This document shows, piece by piece, positions 19,119-30,400 of a stretch of 64,000 nt of DNA (positions are counted from its first letter, which is position 1; every line of letters begins with the position of its first letter). The notes below the pieces were generated by a model, which worked only from the letters and a program-made list of their open reading frames with translations, was not told where the DNA came from and did not search any database. Origin of the DNA: an uncultured Actinomycetes bacterium (GTDB taxonomy: Bacteria; Actinomycetota; UBA4738; HRBIN12); the NCBI GenBank assembly GCA_963704885.1, contig CAVPIB010000001.1:352001-416000 (forward strand), written 5' to 3'. The translations under genes and the position numbers were made by a program.

Positions 19119-22100
19119 CGGTCGTGACACTCGCGTCTGCGGTGTTCGCCGCCAGCCACGTCTTGCCCTCGGAGCAGAACGCTCGGAAGTCGCAGTAGGT
19201 GCACTGTGGTCCCGGCGTGGGGTCGAACGACCCGGCGTCGATCGAGCGGAGCGCGTCCACCACACCGGCGCGAACGGCCGCCGGGTCCTCCATGGGATGC
19301 GACACCTCGTCGGCGCTTGCCAGGTACAGATACGTGAGCGTCAGCTCGTCGGGCCGCTTACCCCAGATCTCCATACAGGCCAGGCCGTACAGATCCAGTT
19401 GGAGCGCCGCCAGCGGGTCGTCTGAGGGCGGTCGCCGGCCTGTCTTCCAGTCGACGACCTCCCACGAGCCGTCGGGTCGTCCGAACACCGCGTCGATCCG
19501 CCCACCCACCGTGAAGCCCTCCAGCCGCAGCAGGAAAGGCCGTTCCACGTACAGCGGCGTCACCTCCGCGAACCGGCTGGACAGGAACGTCTCTCGGAGT
19601 CGTCCCACCTTGCCCGGCTCGCCCGCAAGCTCCTCGGTGGTGAGATCGGGTGCTTCCTCCAGCTCGAGCAGCACGGTCTGGCCGCTCGCTCGCCGCTCGA
19701 TCCACTTGTGCACCTCGGTGCCGATCCTCGCCGCCGGCCCGCTGAATCGGGGCAGCTGGCGAACGGCCGTCCAGTAATAGCGCTTCGGGCAGCGCGCGTA
19801 GTCGATCACGCCGCTGGCCGAGACGGTCCGCGCCGCTCCGATCGCCGCCGAGATCCCGTCGGTGCCTTCCCTTTCCAGCAGGAACGCGGCGTGGTGTCGC
19901 CGCTCGGCCGCCAGCTCCTCGAAGAGCTCGCGCTCGTCCGGCTTCAGCGCGTCGATCGATGCCGGCTGGACGCCGCCACCGTCAGTCGCCTCGATCGCGG
20001 CGTGGCGCCACCCATCCGGGAACAGTTCATCGTGAGCCTCCGGCCTGGCGGGCTCGGGCCAATCGCGAACGAATCTCTCGCGGTAGCCCATCAACGGGTT
20101 GGTCTCCTCGTCGATGTCGGCCCCCGGATCGAACGTGGCGTGCCGTGTCTCGTGCACCCAATCCGCGAGCTCCTTCAGGAACTTCCCGCCCTCCTTGGCG
20201 TTGATGTTCTCGCCGTACCAGTGTGCGCCGGTGCAGTACAGACGCTTGCGCGCGCGCGTGAGAGCCACGTAGGCGGTCCGGCGCTCCTCGTGCTCCTCCT
20301 GGGCCTGCAGCGCAGCCTTGAAGTGCGAGAGCACGCCGTCGTAGGTGGGCAGGATGGCCGCGTCGCCGCGCAGCTCGAAGTCCATCGACTTGGGGCGCTC
20401 GGCAGGGTTGTGCTGGATCCGCGTGCTGGGCAGGAGCCCCTTCGCCAAACCCGGCACGAACACGGTCTCGAACTCGAGCCCCTTCGCGGCGTGGATCGTC
20501 ATGACCTTCACCGAGTCCTCGGCGGATGGCTGGACCGGCGCCCATTCCGGTTTGTCCAGGCGTTCGACCGTGTCCACGTACTCCAAGAACGCGCGGAGCG
20601 TGAGTTCGCCCTCGACCGGCTCGAACGCGTGAACCTCATCCACGAATGCGGCCAGGTTCCGCTTGGTAGCGGCGGCCACCGCCGGGTCCGCGTGGGCGTC
20701 CAGCTCCGACAGGATGCCGGTCCGCCGGACGATCTCACCCAGGAACTCACCGACGGGCTTGCGCGCCTGGACCTGAAGATCCGCCAGCTCGGTCCGGAAC
20801 TCCTCGAGCCGTTCCCGCGCTTCCTCAGAGAGACCGTCGACCTCGTCCAGATGCTCCAGCGCCTCGGCGAACAGGAACGGCTTGGCTTCACCCTCCTCCT
20901 CGTCCTCCAGACGGAGCGAATAGCTCTTGACCTTCGCCAGACCGGCGACGCGCGCAAGATCCTTGAACCCCACGCGGTACCGAGGCCCCAGCAGGATCCG
21001 CGCGAGCGCGACGCTCGCGAGCGGGTCGCTCACCGCCCGCGCATACGCCAGCACCTCCACGACCTCCGGCAGGCGGAGCAGCCCCGCCAGCCCCAGGATC
21101 TCGACCGGGATGTCGTGTTCGCCGAACGCCTGCTGCAGCGAGAAGAACAGACGGCTCGAACGGCAGAGCACGGCCATGTCGGCCCAGCGTTCACCGGCTT
21201 CGTGCAGCGACACGATCCGCTCGGCGATCCATGACGCCTCGCGCCACTCGTCGGAGATCCGCTCAACGTGGACCTCGCCGGTCCCGTTCTCGAGCCACGG
21301 CACCAGGCGCTTGTCGGGGTCGGGGCGCTGGGCGTCGGGGAGCTTGGAGATGAGCGTGTCGGCCGCCTCCAGGATCCACGCTCCGGAGCGGAAGTTGGTG
21401 TAGAGCGGGAGCTGCGCGCTGGGCGTGCCGTCCGCGCGCGGGAACCGCTGCGGGAAGTCGAGCAGGTTGAACAGGCTGGCGCCGCGCCATGCGTAGATGT
21501 TCTGGTCGGGATCGCCGACAGCCGTCACCGGATGGCCTTGACCGAAGACCCCAGCGATCAGCGCGGCCTGCGCGACGTTGGTGTCCTGGTACTCGTCCAG
21601 CAGCACGGCGTCGAACCGCTGCCGGTACTCGTCGGCAACCTCTGGATGTTCCTCTGCCACCTGCAGCGCCAGCGAGATCTGGTCGCCGAAGTCGATCACG
21701 CCCAGGTCGCGCTTGAGCTGGCGGAAGATCGCCGCACCTCTGGCCAGCTCGATCCGCTCGACCGCCGACGCGTACGCCCGGTCCGAGCGGTGCTCCTTCA
21801 GCTGTTCCAGCCGCAGCTCGTTGAACCCGATGATCTCCTCGGGTGTGCGCCGGTGGTTCGCCGCCTGATCGTCGAGCGTCAGGATGTTGTCGATCACGGT
21901 CTGCTGCCGCTCGACGTTCACGTGCTCGAACGTCATCAGATCCATGACGCGCGCGCAGAGCTCCGTCTTCTGCGCCGGCGACAGGACCCTCTGATCGGGC
22001 TCGACGCCCACGAGCATGCCGTAGCGGTCAAGGAGCTGCGCCGCGAACCCGTGGTAGTTCACGACCTCCGGCTCCTCGCCCTCGGCCAGCTCCAGCGGCG

Positions 22101-22395
22101 CGATCGCCTCTCGGACGCGCCGCTGAAGGTTCTCGGTCGCCTTGTTCGTGAAGGTCAGGCACAGCACGTTGCCGGGAAGGACGCCGGGACCTCCGGCGGC
22201 ATCGGTCAGCCGGCCGCTCGCCACCAACGCCAGGTAGACGACTCGGGCCGCCATCACCGAGGTCTTGCCCGATCCCGCGCCCGCGACCAGCACGAACGGC
22301 TCCAGCGGCCACGAGATGGCCGTCCACTGCTCCTCGGTGGGCGGACGGCCGCCCATGACGGCAACGATCTCCGGCGGGTAGACGCGATCCGTCAT
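19108..22395 (-). CDS. adnB: AdnB-like UvrD helicase with PD-(D/E)XK nuclease
   Basis: AGAGSGKT, LTFTNKA, DEYQD, VGDPDQ.IY.WRGA, TIHAAKGLEF, GRID..DWKTG; start ATG 22395 overlaps the adnA stop. Confidence 0.93.
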   Translation of the reverse strand: MTDRVYPPEIVAVMGGRPPTEEQWTAISWPLEPFVLVAGAGSGKTSVMAARVVYLALVASGRLTDAAGGPGVLPGNVLCLTFTNKATENLQRRVREAIAPLELAEGEEPEVVNYHGFAAQLLDRYGMLVGVEPDQRVLSPAQKTELCARVMDLMTFEHVNVERQQTVIDNILTLDDQAANHRRTPEEIIGFNELRLEQLKEHRSDRAYASAVERIELARGAAIFRQLKRDLGVIDFGDQISLALQVAEEHPEVADEYRQRFDAVLLDEYQDTNVAQAALIAGVFGQGHPVTAVGDPDQNIYAWRGASLFNLLDFPQRFPRADGTPSAQLPLYTNFRSGAWILEAADTLISKLPDAQRPDPDKRLVPWLENGTGEVHVERISDEWREASWIAERIVSLHEAGERWADMAVLCRSSRLFFSLQQAFGEHDIPVEILGLAGLLRLPEVVEVLAYARAVSDPLASVALARILLGPRYRVGFKDLARVAGLAKVKSYSLRLEDEEEGEAKPFLFAEALEHLDEVDGLSEEARERLEEFRTELADLQVQARKPVGEFLGEIVRRTGILSELDAHADPAVAAATKRNLAAFVDEVHAFEPVEGELTLRAFLEYVDTVERLDKPEWAPVQPSAEDSVKVMTIHAAKGLEFETVFVPGLAKGLLPSTRIQHNPAERPKSMDFELRGDAAILPTYDGVLSHFKAALQAQEEHEERRTAYVALTRARKRLYCTGAHWYGENINAKEGGKFLKELADWVHETRHATFDPGADIDEETNPLMGYRERFVRDWPEPARPEAHDELFPDGWRHAAIEATDGGGVQPASIDALKPDERELFEELAAERRHHAAFLLEREGTDGISAAIGAARTVSASGVIDYARCPKRYYWTAVRQLPRFSGPAARIGTEVHKWIERRASGQTVLLELEEAPDLTTEELAGEPGKVGRLRETFLSSRFAEVTPLYVERPFLLRLEGFTVGGRIDAVFGRPDGSWEVVDWKTGRRPPSDDPLAALQLDLYGLACMEIWGKRPDELTLTYLYLASADEVSHPMEDPAAVRAGVVDALRSIDAGSFDPTPGPQCTYCDFRAFCSEGKTWLAANTADASVTTATS

Positions 22396-25280
22396 GTCCG
22401 ATCCTCCACCGGGAACAACGGCGCGCCCTGCGGGTAGAGCGAGCAGAGCGTCTTGAAGTCGCAGAAGAAGCAGTCGGCGCGCGGGTTGGGGCGGTAGCGC
22501 TCCTCCTGGTTCAGGCGGCGGAGCTCCGCGATCAGCGTGGACAGGCGCTCGCGCATCGCCGCCTGGTAGGCGGCCTCCCGCTCGCCGGTCCCCACCTCCC
22601 ACTCGCGCATCTCGATGTCGCCGCGCTTGTAGTGACCCTTGATGTAGGCCAGCTCCACGCCGGTTATAGGTCCGATCGCCTTCAGGTCGGGCGCCTCCTG
22701 CGCGGCCAGGTAGTAGATGCCCAGCTGCAGGCTCTCGTTGGCTTTCGGCGCAGCGTAGGAGCTTCCGGTCTTGTAGTCGGTGATCCGTGTGCCGTAGCCG
22801 AGCGCGTCGGGACCGATCCGGTCGATGAAACCGACGATCGTCGCTCCGTCGTACTCGAACTCGAACCGCTCCTCGGTGCCGGTCGCCGGATGCTCGCCGT
22901 ACCTGCCGAACCAGTTGGGCAGCATGCGTTCCTTGGCCAGGCGACGCCACGCCTGGGAGACGGCCGTGGACGGGAACTCCTGTGGACGCCAGCGAGCGTC
23001 CACCTCGGCCACCAACGCGGGCAGCTCGCGCGGCAGCGCCCCGTTCTCGCAGTCCTCGATCATCCGGTGGATCAGCTTGCCGACCCATGCCTGGTAGCCG
23101 ACCTGTCCGCCCAGCCCCAACTCGGCGGAAAGCACGTACTGAAGCTCGCAGTTCTCCAGGGTGGAGAGCTTGGAGTACGACACGCGCACATCCTGGTGGA
23201 GCGGCTCGCCGTCATCGGTCCAGTCGCGCTGGAACCACCAGGCCCGCGGGTCCACGCCAAGCGCCACCAGCCCCTCGAGCGCGGCAAGCCTGCGCGCCGA
23301 CGGCACGTCCAGGTCGGCGAGCGTCCGCCGCCAGGTGGCGGTGGCCTCCCCCACCGAGACCGGCTCCTCGAACGGCCCGGCCGGGATGGGCGTCCACCCA
23401 ACGCCCAGCTCGTCGGCGAACCGCGAGGCGGTGGAAGAGCCATCCGGATGCGCCTGGCTGGCGGCCAGCACGACCCGGCTGCGCGCCCGGCCGAGCAGCA
23501 TCCGGAACAGGCGGCGCTCGTCCTCCAGTCGGGCGCGGTTGCGCTCGGAACGGCTGACCGGTCGCGCCAACGCCTCAAGGTCGAACATGGGCTCGGGCCG
23601 CGACAGGCTGGGGAAGTTGCCCTCGACCGCGCCCGCCACGATGACCGTGTCCAGTTCGGCACCCGCCGCGCCGTGCGCCGTCAGCACGCGGACGGCGTCC
23701 AGCTTGGCCGGCTCGGTCCCGCGATAGCCGGGTCCGTGGACGCCGGCGTCGAGCGCCTCGACGAACGCCTGCGTGGAGGTGTCGGATAGGTCGCCCGCCT
23801 CGGCAACGGCTCGCGAGAGCGCCAAGACCACGTCGATCTCCCGCCCCGCTTCGGCGGGATGGTCGGCTTCGGCGACCAGCCGCGCCGAGCACGGGAGCTC
23901 CTTCCACAGGATCCGGAACGTGTCCAGCACGGAGCGATCGGCGACTTCGGAGGCGCGTGCGAGCACATCGCGCAACGCGATCACGTCGGCGGCCTCGGCC
24001 TCCGTGATCCCATCGGTGTGCTCCAGGGCCGCGCCGATCGTTCCCGACGCGGCCTGCGCCGCGCGCATCAGTCCGCGCGCCGCCGCGGGCGACAGGCGCG
24101 CCAGATCCGACGTGAGCACCGACTCGATCAGCTGCTCACGCCCGTCGGCGCTCGCGGTGAGCCAGCGGAGCGCCAGAACGTAAGGGAAGCTCGCCGGCTC
24201 CGCCGTGAGCGCCATACCGCCTTCGGGGAGCGCGCGCGGCACGCCGGCGTCGTCCAGCGCGCGGATCAGCGAACCCAGGTGTGAACCCTGCCGCCGAACG
24301 ACCACCGCCAGCTCGTTCCACGGCACGCCCTCCTCCACGTGCAGCCGGCGGAGCTCGCGCGCGATCGCGGCGTGCTCCTCGGAGGTGTGGGGGGCGCTCC
24401 ACGCCTCCACCACGACCGGTATCTCCGCACGATGCGAGGAGCCCAGCGACACATGCTTCGCGCCTGCGGATCGCTCGACGAACCGCAGGATCGGGACGTC
24501 GGTCGTTCCCTGGAACGAGAAGACGTGCGCCTGTGGATCGCCGGCGACGACGAGGTCGGGCGCGGCCAGACCTTCCACGATGGCCTCGGCCGCGAAAGTG
24601 GTGTCCTGGTAGTCGTCCACGAGCAGGTGATCCAGCAGGGTCTCGCCGTCGTCCGCCACCTGTGCCGCGCGCTGCAGGAGCGCCGCGAAATCCACCACGT
24701 TGCGGCCGTCGATGACGTCCTGGTACTCGCGGTAGAACCGCGCGAGCTCCAGCCATCCGGTCAGGCCCGCCTTCTCCGCGCGCTCATGGATGTCCTCCGG
24801 CGTGAGCAGCGCCTCCTGCGCCCGCGACAGGAACTGCCGGACCTCGTCGGCGAACGCTCGCATGCCCAACATGTGGCCGTACGCAGGCCAGGCCGCCGGG
24901 TCCTGGTCGGTCAGCAGGTCCTGGACCAGCGCGAACTGATCGCCGGCCGTCAGCAGTTCCGGCGGTTCCATGTAGTCCAGCCTGCGGAACCGCGTGGTGA
25001 GCACCAGGCGCGCCAACCCGTGGACGGTGAGCACGCGCAGCTCGGGGAGCGAACCCTCGAACCTGGCGAGGAGCGCGCTCCGGGCCTCGACCTGTGCGGG
25101 ACGCGAGCCCACGACCAGCGCGACCCGCTCGGGATCCGCGTCGCTCTCCAACAGTCGGGCGAAGCGTTCGCGAAGTATCGCGGTCTTGCCGGTACCGGGA
25201 CCGCCAGTCACCAGGAGCGCGCCCTCGCGGTGCGACAGGACCCGCTCTTGATCGGGATCCGGTTGGAGGGGGGACGTCAT
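22392..25280 (-). CDS. adnA: AdnA-like degenerate helicase with PD-(D/E)XK nuclease
   Basis: GGPGTGKT, DDYQD, GFIDRI..DYKTG, CFFCDFKTLC; tandem with adnB. Confidence 0.9.
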   Translation of the reverse strand: MTSPLQPDPDQERVLSHREGALLVTGGPGTGKTAILRERFARLLESDADPERVALVVGSRPAQVEARSALLARFEGSLPELRVLTVHGLARLVLTTRFRRLDYMEPPELLTAGDQFALVQDLLTDQDPAAWPAYGHMLGMRAFADEVRQFLSRAQEALLTPEDIHERAEKAGLTGWLELARFYREYQDVIDGRNVVDFAALLQRAAQVADDGETLLDHLLVDDYQDTTFAAEAIVEGLAAPDLVVAGDPQAHVFSFQGTTDVPILRFVERSAGAKHVSLGSSHRAEIPVVVEAWSAPHTSEEHAAIARELRRLHVEEGVPWNELAVVVRRQGSHLGSLIRALDDAGVPRALPEGGMALTAEPASFPYVLALRWLTASADGREQLIESVLTSDLARLSPAAARGLMRAAQAASGTIGAALEHTDGITEAEAADVIALRDVLARASEVADRSVLDTFRILWKELPCSARLVAEADHPAEAGREIDVVLALSRAVAEAGDLSDTSTQAFVEALDAGVHGPGYRGTEPAKLDAVRVLTAHGAAGAELDTVIVAGAVEGNFPSLSRPEPMFDLEALARPVSRSERNRARLEDERRLFRMLLGRARSRVVLAASQAHPDGSSTASRFADELGVGWTPIPAGPFEEPVSVGEATATWRRTLADLDVPSARRLAALEGLVALGVDPRAWWFQRDWTDDGEPLHQDVRVSYSKLSTLENCELQYVLSAELGLGGQVGYQAWVGKLIHRMIEDCENGALPRELPALVAEVDARWRPQEFPSTAVSQAWRRLAKERMLPNWFGRYGEHPATGTEERFEFEYDGATIVGFIDRIGPDALGYGTRITDYKTGSSYAAPKANESLQLGIYYLAAQEAPDLKAIGPITGVELAYIKGHYKRGDIEMREWEVGTGEREAAYQAAMRERLSTLIAELRRLNQEERYRPNPRADCFFCDFKTLCSLYPQGAPLFPVEDRT

Positions 25281-25318
25281 CAGGCTCGGATGCTACCCCG
25301 AGCCGCCGACAGCCCTGG

Positions 25319-26464
25319 TCAGAGGTCCGGACGGGGCGGGAGCTGAGCGAACCCCGTCGGCGACGACTGGCCTTCGATCACCCGTCGGTACCACTGTTCC
25401 ACGTCGTGCGGGCCGAGCGCCCCCACCAGGACTCCGTCCTTCAGCACCAGTCCGTCCCTGCCGCCCAGCCATTCGAACGCTTCGTCCAAGGTCTCGTCGG
25501 GATCCACGACGGGGGTCTGGTTCAGCGGGATCACGGCGTCGCGCGCCGGGCGCATGGGATCGCGCGCGCCCACGCGCCGCGCGCTCTGCATGGAGATCGT
25601 TCCGATCACGCGGCCGCCGTCGACGAGAGGGAACGCCTGACCCTTCGACCCGCGGAGCGAGTGGTCCAGCGCCTCCGCCAGGCTGATGTCCGCAGGCACG
25701 GCCGCGGGCGGCGGGCGCATGGCCTCTGCCACCCGGCCCTTCAGCAACCGGTCGCGGAACGCGATCCGCTGGTCCATGCCCCGCCCGGTGGCGATCAAGA
25801 TCGCGGCCAGGTATCCGAAGAACAACCCCAGCCCCACATCCTCGTTGGAGATCGCCCACACGGCGCCCGCGCCGAACCCGACGCCGACCATCACGCCTGA
25901 CCATCCGGCCACCCGCATCGCCGTTCGGCGGTTCTTGGTGGCGCCCCAAACGATCGCCAACAGCATCCGTCCACCGTCGAGCGGGAACCCCGGCAACGCG
26001 TTCAGGATCGCCAGGACCAGCGAGAGCCAAGCCAGGTACCCGATCAGATGAGAGGCGACACCTTCGGTTGCCTGCGCGATAGCTTCGAACAGGCCCGCGA
26101 TGATGAGCGTGCTGGCCGGTCCCACGAACGCCACCAGGAACTCGCCGAGCGGACCGCGGGCGTTGGCCCGCGTCTCGGTGGCGCCGCCCCAGAAGACCAG
26201 CGTCACGCTGCGCACTGGCAGATCCAGCCGGCGAGCCATCACGGCGTGAGCCGTCTCATGAAGCAGGATGCTGCCGAAGAACAGCACGGCGGCCAACACG
26301 GCCAGGATGATCGCCTCTGAGGAGCCGATCACCACCGGTCCGAACCGGATCAGGTTGGCGTAGGTGCTCCACACGTAGAGCGCCGCGATCCACACCCACG
26401 ACGTGCTCACGTACAGAGGGATCCCGCGAACGGTCGCGACCTTCCACCGCTGTCCGGTCAGCAT
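25319..26464 (-). CDS. Site-2 (M50) metalloprotease with CBS domains
   Basis: HETAH, NALPGFPLDGGR, C-terminal CBS pair. Confidence 0.93.
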   Translation of the reverse strand: MLTGQRWKVATVRGIPLYVSTSWVWIAALYVWSTYANLIRFGPVVIGSSEAIILAVLAAVLFFGSILLHETAHAVMARRLDLPVRSVTLVFWGGATETRANARGPLGEFLVAFVGPASTLIIAGLFEAIAQATEGVASHLIGYLAWLSLVLAILNALPGFPLDGGRMLLAIVWGATKNRRTAMRVAGWSGVMVGVGFGAGAVWAISNEDVGLGLFFGYLAAILIATGRGMDQRIAFRDRLLKGRVAEAMRPPPAAVPADISLAEALDHSLRGSKGQAFPLVDGGRVIGTISMQSARRVGARDPMRPARDAVIPLNQTPVVDPDETLDEAFEWLGGRDGLVLKDGVLVGALGPHDVEQWYRRVIEGQSSPTGFAQLPPRPDL

Positions 26465-26746
26465 CCATCGAGCCTACCCGTGAGAGGGCGATCGAGTAGG
26501 GCCCCGACGTAGCCTCGACCTGTCCCAACGAGCCGAGGTCGCCACGAACAAAAGGTGTACTAGCGAATCAGACACCTGGGGACTCACAACCTCCAGCGAG
26601 TAGTGCGAACGAGGCCCGTAACACCTTCCCGAACGGCCCGTGCAGCCGAAACCTCCCTCTCCTTCGGTCGTCCACCCTCACTCTTTGCCAGATCGGACTT
26701 GACCGACCCCAGCTCGCACGTGCACCCGCCAAGCCTCCCTCGATAG

Positions 26747-26970
26747 CACGGGGTCGAGGAGCGCTTCTATCGCTCGCTCAAGTACGAACATCTCTGCCGC
26801 GAGAAATCGCCGACGCGATCGAGCTCGAGACCGCGGTTCGCAGCTACGGCGAGTCCAAATAGCGGGTGCGTCACCATGAATCGATAGGGCAGGTCACGCC
26901 GATCAGTGCCGACGTTGCTGCGTCCAACCTATCCGAGGCATGAAGTGTCCAAGGAACTTGACGCGGAACG
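26747..26970 (+). mobile_element. Degenerate 3' remnant of an IS3-family insertion sequence
   Basis: Broken frames give GVEERFYRSLKYEHL / EIADAIELETAVRSY / RVRHHESIGQVTP (integrase-core C-terminus), then AGTGTCCAAGGAACTTGACGCGGAAC resembling a right terminal IR. Confidence 0.72.
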
Positions 26971-27108
26971 CCCCCACGGGCGGTTCCGTCATTGTCGCGG
27001 AGGGAGCGGGACCCGAACCAGGCATCTGGGCCTCCCTGGAGGTGGAGTACCCGTTCCGTCGAACCGAGCTGACCGAACATTGCCCGTGCTTGGTGGAGTG
27101 AGGCTCGG

Positions 27109-27408
27109 TCACCCAGCCCCTTGAGAGTCACCCGGGAGATCGACCTCTCCCGCCACGTAGCTTTCCCAGCCGGCCTCTTCGATGTCGCTCAAGTTGGCTA
27201 ATCGAGTCGTCCCTGGGCGTACGTGATCACCGCTGGGGAGCTCCCATGGTGCATCGTCCGGGTAGTAGTGTTTGTCGGTCCCAACGTCATCGGGGTGCAA
27301 CCAAATAGAACTGTCATCGCTACACATGAGCACAAGATGACCTTCAGTCGTGATTAGACCAACCAATACACCCTGCCCATCAGGGCACGCTCCAAAATGC
27401 GACCTCAT
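27109..27408 (-). CDS. Putative immunity protein of the RHS toxin (99 aa)
   Basis: ATG overlaps the RHS stop (ATGA); acidic; lower GC like the toxin tip; MRSHFGACPDGQG..LMCSDDSSIWLHP. Confidence 0.8.
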   Translation of the reverse strand: MRSHFGACPDGQGVLVGLITTEGHLVLMCSDDSSIWLHPDDVGTDKHYYPDDAPWELPSGDHVRPGTTRLANLSDIEEAGWESYVAGEVDLPGDSQGAG

Positions 27409-30400
27409 GGTGACACCCCCAGTGGATAGTCGGGAAACGCGGTTATGACATTGGTTGAACCCCGCGTAACCACTAGCCGAATCCATTTGGTGGTCGGCCC
27501 GCCTGGTCCTCCCGCATTGCCAATGAACTCCTCCATCTCCACGTAGAATTTGGTCTTCGGCCCTTGCTCCTCCGAGAACGACTGCCCACTGAATCTGCGC
27601 TGCCACGCCCGATCAAGCAGGTCGAATACATCGCATGGATCGGCCACGCTGAACACACCGTGTTGAACTCCAGGCACTTCCTGCAAGTGGGCGAGTACGT
27701 GATCAGCCCTTGTCGAGAAAGGGGGCCTGTCGGGCCCGTAAACCAAACCCCCACGTGATCTGTAGGTTCGGGAACCAATCAGCTCAAGGGGACCATCCGG
27801 TTCATCGCAGTCAGCTGCCGTCTTGGCGCCGCCCCCGACGATCGGTGGCACTGGCGGAGCCGGTGTCCCGGGGTCCGAGGTGTCGTTGACCTCTTGGTCC
27901 GCATCGCCAGCGCTTCCAAGGTCCTCTTCCAAGTCAGCATCGTCACGCGCTCCCTGCATGCACCCTGGCATCATTGTGCACATCAAGACTCCGGCGATAA
28001 TCAGCATCGCCTGAGCCCCGATTGCAGCCATGATCACTCCGAATGCCGCACACACCGATGCACCTCGACAGGCCAGAGCGCCCCTTGAGGTCGCGAGGAG
28101 GCGACTTACGATGGACCGAGAAGCAATCTCTGCTTCGGGAATGGTCACCACGAACGCCTCGGGCGCAATCGGGGCGAGAACGTCGTGTCCGCTCGGGTCC
28201 AGATTCGATACAGGGTTGTTCGTCCCGTAGGCATACAGGTTGTATCCGGGGCTCCCTGACCCACCCGGGCGGACCGTATCTGCCTGGAGGAACCGGCCCA
28301 GCGCGGGGTCGAGCGTGCGGGCCCGCAGGTAGACACCACCGGTCGCATCGCTCGGCTCTCCCGTGAACCCGAAGCCGAGCGCCGTCCCCGACTGGGAGCG
28401 CGTGGCGCCAAAGACCTCGTACGTCCTCGACCCTACGCTCGCTCCTGAAGCGTTTGTGACCACCCGGACCGATCCGAGTGCATCCGTCAGGGGGTAGAGA
28501 TCTCCCCCGCCCGCCGCCTCGATCAAGCCGTCGGCGTGGAGATAGGCACGGCTCTCGTCGTCGACGACCGTCGGAAGTCCTCCCTCGCGATCGACCAGGT
28601 AGTCGACCGGCGTCGAGTCCACCTCGGAGCCAACGCGTTCACCGTCGCCGTCGTAGTTGTAAGTGGCGTCATGTCCGTTCGCGGTCGCTGAGACGAGCCG
28701 ATTGCCATAGTCGTGGCTGAAATCGTTGGTGCCCAACTCGGTGAGGTTCCCAGCGTCGTCGTTCGTCGCCGAGGCGGCCCCGACGCTCACGAGGCGGCCG
28801 GCGTCGTCGTAGGTGTAGGTCGTGGTGACCGAGTCGCGGGTTTCGGTGAGCCGGTTGCCGGCGTCGTCGTAGGTGTAGGAGACCTCTTCGCTGTCCGCGT
28901 ATTCCACGGCAACGAGCTGGCCGAGGTCGTCGTGGGTGTAGGTCTCGGTCCCGGCCTGGGTCGTCATCGAGGTCCGAAGGCCGCGGTCGTCGTACGTGTA
29001 GTCGAAGGATGCGAGCGTCGCGGCGTCCTTCACATGGTCGATCGATGAGATCCTGCCGGCGTCGTCGTAGACATAGGTGGACACGACCCCGTTCGGGCGA
29101 TCGATCTCGATCCGGCGTCCGTCCTCGTCGTAGTCGAACGTCGTCTCGTCGTTCGACGGGTCGGTGAGCGAGTCGAGCTGGCCCGCGAGGTCGTAGCCGT
29201 AGCCGATCTCCCGGCCGCCGGGAAGCGTCATCGCGTTGCGGCGGCCGGCCTCGTCCCAGTCGTAGGCGATCGTCCCGGCCGGCGCCGCGACCGAGCTCAT
29301 CTGACCGGCGTCGTCATAGCTGAAGGTCGTCGTGCCGGTGTCGTCGATCATCGAGGTCCGCCGACCCGCGTCATCGTACGCGTAGGTGACATCTCCGCCG
29401 GGGAACGTGACCGAGGTGGGCAGGCCCCGCTCGTCGTAGGTCCAGGCGGTCTCGACGCCGCGACCGTCCGTCCGCTCCACGAGCTGGCCACGCTCGTCGT
29501 AGACGAACTCGGTGACGTTGGAGAGCGGGTCCGTGACGCTCGTCCGGTTGCCCAGGGCGTCGTAGGCGTAGGTCCAGGTCTCGTCGTTCGGATCAGTGAG
29601 GATGGTCATCTGCCCGACGTCGTCGTAGCCGAACGCCACGGCACCTGAGAGCGCATCGGTGAGCGAGGTCATCCGCCCGGCCGCGTCGTAGGCGTAGGTC
29701 GTGGCGTTGGAGAGCGGATCGGTCTCGGTGATGAGCCGCCCAGCGTCGTCGTAGGCGTACGTGGAGACGTTGGAGAGCGGGTCGGTGACGCTCGTGCGGT
29801 TCCCCATGTCGTCGTAGGCGTGGGTAGTCTCCGCGCCCGAGGGGAGCAACACCGAGACCAGGCGTCCTGCGAGGTCATAGCCGTAGGTCGTTTCGTTCTC
29901 CAGGCCATCGGCGGTCGCGACGAGCTGGCCAGCGTCGTCGAACGTCGAGGTCGTCGTCCGCCCGGTCGGATCCGTGGTCTCGACGGTTCGGCCGACGGCG
30001 TCCAGGGTGTAGGTCGTGGTGTTGTCGAGCGGGTCGGTGACCCCGACGAGCCGGCCGGCGTCGTCGTAGGCATAGGACGTCGTGTTGGAGAGCGGATCGG
30101 TACCGGTCAGCTTCCGGCCCGCGTCGTCGTAGGTGTAGGAGGTGGTGTTGGACAGCGGATCGGTCACGGCGACGAGCTGGTTCGCCTCGTCGTAGGTGCT
30201 CACCGTCGAGTTCTCGAGGGCGTCGGTCGTCGTGGTGAGGTTCCCGGCCTCGTCGTAGGTGTAGCCGACGGTCGCGGCGTTCGGCAGCGTCGCCGAGGTG
30301 AGGCGTCCCGCGTCGTCGTAGGCGTAGGTCGTCTCGCGGTCGATCGCGTCGGTCTCTGAGACGAGGCGCCCGGCTTCGTCGTAGGCCCAGCTCGTGGTGT

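Noticed and set aside
22396-23088. N-terminal extension of adnB in the ORF track
   Set aside because: It overlaps adnA out of frame; the real start is the coupled ATG at 22395
26560-26700. Minus-strand fragment resembling a serine recombinase tail
   Set aside because: Too short, with no diagnostic motif
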